Assembly (NCBI GenBank): GCA_030141605.1
Contig: JAQGDQ010001713.1
Coordinates: 1-28,275, forward strand
Direction: 5' to 3'
DNA from: Tubiluchus corallicola
Lineage: Eukaryota; Animalia; Priapulida
DNA length: 28,275 nucleotides
A model generated the notes under the pieces. That model made no database searches. It worked only from the letters and a program-made list of their open reading frames with translations, and was not told the origin of the DNA. Shown here one piece after another: positions 21,355 to 28,275 of this stretch; the stretch's first letter is position 1, and each line of letters begins with the position of its first letter. The translations under genes were made by a program, and so were the position numbers.

Positions 21355-24300
21355 ATGGCTGAGGCAACTATTTACAACAAGACACAGTTGAATAAAATGA
21401 AAAAAGATGAACTTTCCAGGGTAGCAAGCACACTTCATTTACTTGTCGATGTTACGCATGTCAGTAAGCAAGAATTAATTGAACATATAATTAAAGCGCA
21501 ACAGCATATTCTTAAAATGCAACAAGTTCCTCTACAGGGAAAAACATTTATTAATTCTGATAAAACTGACACATTGCATGATACATCAATTAGATCTCCT
21601 GGTTCTGTTGCTGAACGAATTATAGAATCTTCCAAAATTAGCCAGGCTAGTACACCTCTTCAAAGTGTTAAGCCAAAAGATCCTTTGTCTACTACTTGGC
21701 TAGAGATTTCCCAGTCAGGGAAAGGTGTTGGTATTGAAGAAGGTGCTCTTAAACCTCCACAAAATGTTATTCCTACCTCCAGTGGATGGGGTAATGATAA
21801 ACAGTGTGGTATTTCTGGGTTTTCTCTTGAGAATCTTCAAGGTATGAATCCCGATTTGGTTCGTGACATTTTGCAGCATGAAAAAGAACAAGGTGAACGT
21901 GCTGAGCGCATGCGCAAGGAAGAGATGGAATTTGAGTTAAGGAAATTAGAACTTTTAAACAGAAGTGCGGCTTTGACAAATACTTCTGTTGTACCTACCA
22001 ACCCATTTAATAGAATGAAAGTCCGAGGTTTTCGTGAATCGTCTGATGACATTCAGAGATATTTGAATTGGTTTGAATCATGTGCTACATCTAATGATAT
22101 TCCCGAGGCAAATTGGTCTGCCCTTTTAGGTCCTGCTTTATCTGGCCGAGCTGCTGACGCATATCAGCAAATACCTAAGGAGCATATTAAAGATTATTCT
22201 TATGTAAGGAAGTCTCTTTTAGCTGCTTACATTTTAACAACAGATGCTTACCGGAAACGCTTTAGGGCTCTTACTAAGGGTCACAACGAAACATGTCATC
22301 AGTATTGGTTAAAAGTGGTTCGTGCATTAACCGATTTCTGTGAAGCAATTAATGCTGTTGATTCCTATTCCAAGCTTTTTGAAGCCATGGCTATGGAACA
22401 GTTTATGGATAATTTAACATCTGATGTCCGCACATGGCTAAAAAGACACGAATTTGAGAATGGTCTTGAAATGGCCATGGAAGCTGACAAATTTATTAGC
22501 TCCAAGGAGGTTGACTCTAGGAATCACTCTTTTACTCCTTGGAAAACAGGGAAATTTTCTCAGAAACAACCTTACAATAACAATACCTTAGTAAACGTTT
22601 CTGATAATAAACTTGATGACAAACAGAAGATAGTTTGTTATAAATGTGGTAAGCCTGGTCACAGAAGACCAGAGTGCCAAGCATCACAGCGTAACAATCA
22701 CCAAAATAACAATGGGCAAAATGCAACTAATACTGTTAACAAGGCAAACAAAACCAGCAGAAATAAAACTGGGACTCCGGTTAAGACTTTGTTTGGTAGT
22801 TGTGATCATGAATCAACATACACTAGTTCTAACAAACTTCAAGACATTCCAGTTAATAATATACCGTTTATGTTTGAGGCTCTTGTGAATGACATTCCTG
22901 TTTTGGGGCAAAGAGACAGTGGTGCCACAGTTTCTATGATCCACCCACGTTTTGTTGATAAAGATCAGTATCTGAAGTCTGACCCTAAACCTGTTAGATG
23001 TGTGCATGGTCATGTCGAGCCATGTCGTACAGCAGAGATTAAAGTTGTAGGTCCTAACTTCGCTGGTTGGCTTACAGTTAGTGTGATGTCTGACCTCCCA
23101 GCTGAACTTTTATTGGGCAATGATTATTTATCAACACTGAGGCCTTTTACACCTAATGATGAATCAAGCCTTCTTGAAGGCCCAGCTGATAATAATACAG
23201 AAATCTCAGACAACGAACAATTGAAATTGTCTAGCGATCCACAAATCTCTGATAGTTTTGCAGTTACACGTGCAAAAGCTGCAGAACTGCAGGCTAAAGC
23301 AGTACGTGATCAAGAGTTACATAAACAACTTGAACACAGTACATATTCTACACAAGAACATTCTAACCTAGAACAATTCAAACAAGAGCAGGCTCAGTTG
23401 ATTACTGTCTCGTTTGAACAACTCAAACAAGAACAACATAATGACCCTTCATTAGCAAACTACATTGATCACGCTACAACATTTGAAATTGCAGAGCAGA
23501 ATGGAAAAGGATATTTCCTTAAAGATGGAATGCTTTATTATCTCTGTAAGCACACTAAGGCTGGCAAACCTAGAGAACTTTTGGTTCTTCCTAAATCTCG
23601 TCGGCGCCAAGTCCTTGAAATTGCTCATGATAACAAAATGGCAGGTCACCTAGGCATTAGGAAAACAGCAGACCGTATTCTTATGGAATACATTTGGCCC
23701 AAGATAAAACACGCTGTGCGGGGTTACTGCCGTTCTTGCCCTTCATGTCAGAAAAATGGTCGTTTACAGAGAGGTGATAGGCTTCCTCTCCGTCCTTTAC
23801 CAATACCAAAGCAGCCATTTTTCCGCATTGGTATGGACATCATAGGTCCTCTTAGTCGTACTCCAGATGGGAATAAGTACGCTTTAGTGATTGTAGATCA
23901 CGCCACTCGTTATCCTGATTGCTATCCCATCCCAAATATTGAAACAACAACTATTCTAAGCAAACTGGTAGAATTTTGCTGCAGATATGGCATTCCAAAA
24001 GAAATACTGACTGATAGAGGAACTCAGTTCACTTCCAAGCTTACTCAGCAGTTGGAAGAACAGCTTGGGGTCAAAGGTATCTATACTTCTGCTTACGCCC
24101 CTTCAACCAATGGTCTTGTTGAACGATACAATTCCACACTCAAAGCCTCTATCAGAAAACTTATTCAAGATCATCCCCACCTTCCTTGGGATTTGGCTAT
24201 TCCATTCGTTCTGTTTGCCTATCGTGAAGTTCCCCAGGAATCTACTCATTACTCCCCCAATGAATTAGTTTTTGGTTACCCACTTCGGGGCCCTTTAGCT

Positions 24301-25335
24301 ATGCTGAAAGAGCGGTGGGGCTGTGAGAAACCACCTGAGCTGGAAGACGTGGATGACTATGTCTCCCGTATCATAAACACATTGGATGAAACCTTAGAGG
24401 ATGCACACAATTCTCTTAGGAGGGCTAAACTTGCTCAAAAATCTTGGTTTGATCGTGTATCTAAGCAACGTAGTTTCAATATTGGTGATAAAGTCCTTGT
24501 TCAACGGATGAAAAAGGGTAGTAAGATGGCAACTACATGGCGTGGTCCATACCCCATAGTTGACAAACTCTCTGAATGCACTTATCGAGTCAAACTAGGT
24601 AAGCCTGGAAGTAGGAGAAGCTTAAGTACATTTCATGCTAACAGACTTAAAGCTTACATTGATAGAGAAGAAGAACTTGTTCTTATGGCTCTACACAATG
24701 AAGACAGGGATGATGCTTCTATTAACTGGCAAGAAGTTGAAGAGACTTGTAACAAGATAGGTTCTGGCAAAACCGAAGCTTGTGATCTTCCAGAGTATGC
24801 ATTTTTCCCAACTGCAGTTGCCACACAATCTGTGGAGGATGTCGAATTGCCTGACTATTTATCTGAGGAAGCTAAGGAACAAATGAGGAACATATTCCAT
24901 TCATACCCCCAGATGTTTACCGATCTTCCCGGCAGAACAAAATTGGTTCAACATTACATTAACCTTCATGACAAGACCCCTGTCCAACAGCATTCTTATC
25001 GAGTACCGCAAGCTCGTTTAGATATTATACGTAAAGAAGTCAAAGATATGTTAAATTTGGGTGTCATTCGTCGTTCGGATTCGGAGTATTCATCTCCAAT
25101 GCTAGTTGTTCCCAAGCCTCCTATGGATGGCGTTAGTCAGTGGCGTCCATGTGTTGACTACAGAGCCTTGAACAAGAGAACAATATTTTCACCTTATCCA
25201 ACACCACGTCCAGACGACATGATTGATGATCTCCATGGCGCAAAGTGGATATCAACTCTAGATTTGTCAAAAGCCTATTGGCAAATTGAATACGAACTCA
25301 AAAGCCTGTTTTCGTTACACTCGGTAAGAGTTTGA
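21355..25335 (+). CDS. Retrotransposon gag-pol polyprotein: capsid (SCAN-like), CCHC zinc knuckle, aspartic protease, integrase, N-terminal part of reverse transcriptase
   Basis: First ATG at 21355. Zinc knuckle CYKCGKPGHRRPEC (22636-22677); protease RDSGA (D at 22915). Integrase HHCC (23626-23748) and D-D35-E (23836, 24013, 24121), then WRGPY...FHANRLK. RT motifs WRPCVDYRALN and LDLSKAYWQI. Ends at a premature TGA. Confidence 0.93.
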   Translation: MAEATIYNKTQLNKMKKDELSRVASTLHLLVDVTHVSKQELIEHIIKAQQHILKMQQVPLQGKTFINSDKTDTLHDTSIRSPGSVAERIIESSKISQASTPLQSVKPKDPLSTTWLEISQSGKGVGIEEGALKPPQNVIPTSSGWGNDKQCGISGFSLENLQGMNPDLVRDILQHEKEQGERAERMRKEEMEFELRKLELLNRSAALTNTSVVPTNPFNRMKVRGFRESSDDIQRYLNWFESCATSNDIPEANWSALLGPALSGRAADAYQQIPKEHIKDYSYVRKSLLAAYILTTDAYRKRFRALTKGHNETCHQYWLKVVRALTDFCEAINAVDSYSKLFEAMAMEQFMDNLTSDVRTWLKRHEFENGLEMAMEADKFISSKEVDSRNHSFTPWKTGKFSQKQPYNNNTLVNVSDNKLDDKQKIVCYKCGKPGHRRPECQASQRNNHQNNNGQNATNTVNKANKTSRNKTGTPVKTLFGSCDHESTYTSSNKLQDIPVNNIPFMFEALVNDIPVLGQRDSGATVSMIHPRFVDKDQYLKSDPKPVRCVHGHVEPCRTAEIKVVGPNFAGWLTVSVMSDLPAELLLGNDYLSTLRPFTPNDESSLLEGPADNNTEISDNEQLKLSSDPQISDSFAVTRAKAAELQAKAVRDQELHKQLEHSTYSTQEHSNLEQFKQEQAQLITVSFEQLKQEQHNDPSLANYIDHATTFEIAEQNGKGYFLKDGMLYYLCKHTKAGKPRELLVLPKSRRRQVLEIAHDNKMAGHLGIRKTADRILMEYIWPKIKHAVRGYCRSCPSCQKNGRLQRGDRLPLRPLPIPKQPFFRIGMDIIGPLSRTPDGNKYALVIVDHATRYPDCYPIPNIETTTILSKLVEFCCRYGIPKEILTDRGTQFTSKLTQQLEEQLGVKGIYTSAYAPSTNGLVERYNSTLKASIRKLIQDHPHLPWDLAIPFVLFAYREVPQESTHYSPNELVFGYPLRGPLAMLKERWGCEKPPELEDVDDYVSRIINTLDETLEDAHNSLRRAKLAQKSWFDRVSKQRSFNIGDKVLVQRMKKGSKMATTWRGPYPIVDKLSECTYRVKLGKPGSRRSLSTFHANRLKAYIDREEELVLMALHNEDRDDASINWQEVEETCNKIGSGKTEACDLPEYAFFPTAVATQSVEDVELPDYLSEEAKEQMRNIFHSYPQMFTDLPGRTKLVQHYINLHDKTPVQQHSYRVPQARLDIIRKEVKDMLNLGVIRRSDSEYSSPMLVVPKPPMDGVSQWRPCVDYRALNKRTIFSPYPTPRPDDMIDDLHGAKWISTLDLSKAYWQIEYELKSLFSLHSVRV

Positions 25336-26211
25336 TTGTTATGTTCGGGCATGAGTTCGTCGGTTGACCGCATATTAGATCCGGTTTCATATTGTTCTAG
25401 TGGGTATATTGATGATGTTATCATTAAATCTCCAAACTGGACTGATCATTTAAAGCATGTTGATTACACACTTTACAACATTCGCAAGGCTGGAGTGACA
25501 GTTAAACCTAAAAAATGTCATTTTGCACAACAGGAAGTCGAATTCCTGGGATATGTAGTGGGGAAAAATAGACTTAAACCACAATTATCCAAAGTGGAAC
25601 GGATACGTCAATTTTTGCGCCCACAGACAAAAACGCAGGTGCACAGGTTTTTGGGTATGGTCAGTTTTTATAGGCGTTTTATCCCCCATTTTAGTAGCAT
25701 CGCTGCGCCTCTCCATGCTCTTACTGAAAAGTATGCCCCCGTCCAAGTTGAGTGGACTGAGGCCACTGAAAGTAGCTTTCATCAGCTTCAAGATGCATTA
25801 TCTTCCGAGTCCGTACTCCATTCACCAGACTTTACTAAGCCCTTTTACCTAACCACTGATGCTAGCTTTATCGGTTTAGGGGCTGTTCTGTCTCAAGATA
25901 AGGGAGACGGGTTAGCTGAAGTGCCAATAACATATATTAGTCGCAAGTTGACTCAGCCAGAGACTAGGTACTCTGTGGTGGAGCTTGAATGTTTGAGTGT
26001 AGTGTTCAGTGTTGAGAAACTAAGATACTACTTGGAAGGTCGACATTTTACTGTTCGTACTGATCAGCGCAGTTTGCTTGCATTAGATAAAATGAAAACG
26101 AAAAATCGTAGATTATGCCACTGGGCACTTAAATTGAGTGAATATGCATTTGATATAGAACATGTCCCTGGTTGTGAAAACAGAGTGGCGGATGCTCTGT
26201 CGCGTTTGTGA
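25336..26211 (+). CDS. Continuation of pol in the same frame after the lesion: RT C-terminal part and RNase H
   Basis: YIDD (25405-25416), KCHF...FLGY, FLGMVSFYRRFIP. RNase H motifs TDAS, YISRKL, YSVVELECL, TDQ and NRVADALSR. Not an independent gene. Confidence 0.9.
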   Translation: MLCSGMSSSVDRILDPVSYCSSGYIDDVIIKSPNWTDHLKHVDYTLYNIRKAGVTVKPKKCHFAQQEVEFLGYVVGKNRLKPQLSKVERIRQFLRPQTKTQVHRFLGMVSFYRRFIPHFSSIAAPLHALTEKYAPVQVEWTEATESSFHQLQDALSSESVLHSPDFTKPFYLTTDASFIGLGAVLSQDKGDGLAEVPITYISRKLTQPETRYSVVELECLSVVFSVEKLRYYLEGRHFTVRTDQRSLLALDKMKTKNRRLCHWALKLSEYAFDIEHVPGCENRVADALSRL

Positions 26212-27121
26212 TTCGAAAATGGAGAACGTTTTTTTCCCTTTCCTAGATCGCATAATATCTGATAGTCTTGCTTTTAGCGTTAAACATTGATTTTTGGCTC
26301 ACATTGAGTCACTTGACACTTTCACGATTTATATATTGATGTAATGGAATTCTTGTAGTAGTGATGTATATAGATGCTTTAGTTGATGTTTATTGTTGCT
26401 AATTCTAGCTGCACTGACGAATATGAAAATTATTTGTATTACTGTGTAGTCATTAGGTAGGTGAGAGTTTTTCTCTTACTTTATTGTTACCAAATACAAA
26501 TTACTCTTCACAATTTGCTCTTATCGTAGTCACCCTTTCTTGTATTCATATGGAAGGACGTTGAGCGATGTTTGGTTACAATTCTTGTTGTTTGTGAGAC
26601 AACATTGTTATTGTTAATCGTAGCTAGGATTTCCTGCTTTGAGGACATATCCATGTTTGAGTTGAAGCCCAGTGTGATCATTGAGCACTCACACTGTTAA
26701 AATCTGCTAGCAGTGTATTTTTAGTACCATGTACATTTAACCTTTAATGTGATTCATATAACCATTTTAGGGTATCTTCTTTCGGCTTCTCTCAGGAGAA
26801 TTTTGTGAATTGTGTTTGTGCAAGTACTTAACTTTGGTGACGTTCTTTTGAGTTATATTGTAATTTTGTAATGCAATGATTGACATTACCATTACCAATT
26901 CTTTTCATATTGGTTCAATGACCTGTCAGTTGCAATTTTTTTTTGTTTCTTTTTGTGTGTGCTATTGTATATACTTTTAATAGTAATAGAGATTTGTGAC
27001 CCCTGTTCCAATATAGTAGTTAGGATCTGTGGCATTGTGTCCATGATGTATGTATGTTGTACCAAAATGCACTCCAGATACTTTTAATACGTCCATTGGT
27101 TAAGAGTGTTACCACACTCTT

Positions 27122-27130
27122 GGGGGAGGG
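27122..27130 (+). other. Polypurine tract
   Basis: GGGGGAGGG ending 4 nt before the 3' LTR. Confidence 0.85.
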
Positions 27131-27134
27131 CTTC

Positions 27135-28275
27135 TGTGACGTCACAGACGTCCTCGTCCGTATTAAAATTATGCTAAAGTTCATTTTGTACTCCAAATAA
27201 AATATTCATTTCTTTTTTATGTTTGGGTTGGTTTTCTGTCCATCCTTTAATACCTCTCCCCTTTTCCCTGTTTGATGGCGATCTTCCTGTCACATGTCTT
27301 GAATGGTTACAGGATAATTTTCGCGCTCCTGGAAAAGCATTGAACCGTGATTTTTCCTTACTGTCGCCATTGCGGGTTTGAGCTGTTTTTTGAAGCTACG
27401 CGTTTTGTTGCAGCAGGTTTGAGGTCTCGTAACTTTTGAGATCTCATAATGAGTTCGCTAGTTTTGGTGTTCTCAGTGTAATCAAATTTCTCTGAGAGGA
27501 AACCAGACGGTTCCTAGGCAGTGTTACTAGTATGCAGGAAACTTCGTCGTGTTCGTAATCTGGCCACGTAGATCATGACGGTTGTTGGGTGGAGTTTGGA
27601 ACTGCCTAAGGAGGTTGCCTAGTTGAAGACTGGGAACGAGGAACTTTTCTCCTTTCCGCCGTCATTTGCTGACTCCTACAGTATAGGAGTAAACGGAGAC
27701 GTTTCGAGACCCTGGATCCTTGTTTCTAACACCCTGGTGGTGGAGTCTGCAATGCGTGAGCCCCAGCAGTGTGGTTTCTTGATTCTTGAGATGTGATCCT
27801 GGATAACTGGACCCACGGTATCACGACCTGAGGCTAGCCCATTGGTACAGCTGCAGCGACAATGGAACTCTTCGGTAATTATCCTCTCCTCTCTTCCTAT
27901 TATACCTGGGATGGGGTTAACTGAATTCTTGCGTTATATGTATGTATGTAAGTGATTTGTAGAAATATTATTTTTGAAATTACCACTAAATAATTTTTAC
28001 ACGTTTTTTTTTATAAACAAAGCAATAACGTTTGTTTGTCCTCCTGTTCGTCCTCGTCATTTCTAAGTACAAATTATAATGGCCTAAAATAGCATCAGTT
28101 TTAATCAAACTACTAGGACCCTCGTTAAAAAGTCTGGATAAAAACCCCTTGCCTTAAAAAAAATTAGTATTAAAAATTGTTTTTATCCACATGTGATGAA
28201 CTCTGGCGTGCTCGGATAAAGTAAAAGGCAACCCCTATTTTGCATTCCTGACAAAACTATTTATTCTTTTATACA
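27135..28275 (+). repeat. 3' LTR (first 1141 bp; about 42 bp lie beyond the window)
   Basis: Colinear with 19494-20634; no indel and four substitutions seen by eye. Confidence 0.95.

Larger units (their letters stand above)
19494..28275 (+). mobile_element. Gmr1-like Ty3/gypsy LTR retrotransposon (Gag-PR-IN-RT-RH), near full length; 3' LTR cut by the window edge
   Basis: Paired LTRs at constant offset 7641, TG...CA ends, PBS and PPT. Gypsy-type RT/RNaseH motifs lie downstream of the integrase. Predicted end is 28317 (total ~8.8 kb). Confidence 0.95.

Noticed and set aside
25333-25335. Programmed TGA readthrough joining the two pol ORFs
   Set aside because: Readthrough would still lack essential RT motifs, which are frameshifted or deleted around the stop.
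21435-25791. Short antisense and alternate-frame ORFs inside gag-pol
   Set aside because: Shadow ORFs of 60-80 aa with no recognisable motifs.
21355-26211. Classification as Ty1/copia because integrase precedes RT
   Set aside because: RT, RNase H and integrase C-terminal motifs are gypsy type; copia signatures (GKGY, YVDD with SLYGLKQ) were not seen.

Overview
AT-rich, repeat-dense eukaryotic genomic DNA, most likely from an invertebrate animal. Host gene: two minus-strand exons of an ezrin/radixin/moesin (ERM) gene. The first has 5'UTR plus ATG and encodes MPKS (15994-16084); the next is the 84-bp [28 protein letters not shown] exon (14778-14861). The rest of the window is probably ERM intron. 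Right third: a young, nearly complete LTR retrotransposon (19494 to beyond the window end) with 1183-bp LTRs differing at about 4 sites, a tRNA-Leu PBS and a PPT. Its single-frame gag-pol has the unusual order Gag-PR-INTEGRASE-RT-RNaseH with gypsy-type motifs, i.e. a Gmr1-like element, and a short scrambled lesion breaks the RT. Left end: a foldback-like structure of two inverted arms (>1.1 kb each) of a 39-bp repeat around a ~1 kb spacer. In between are two hAT-type MITEs with 8-bp TSDs, a TIR element carrying a 56-bp array, a 65-bp satellite with an emerging 5-mer higher-order repeat, a tRNA-derived SINE, LINE-like 3' tails and microsatellites. Apart from the retrotransposon ORFs and the ORF overlapping the ERM exon, I could not support any listed ORF as coding. 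I cannot establish a wholly new system from sequence alone; the best leads are the Gmr1-like element and the foldback structure.
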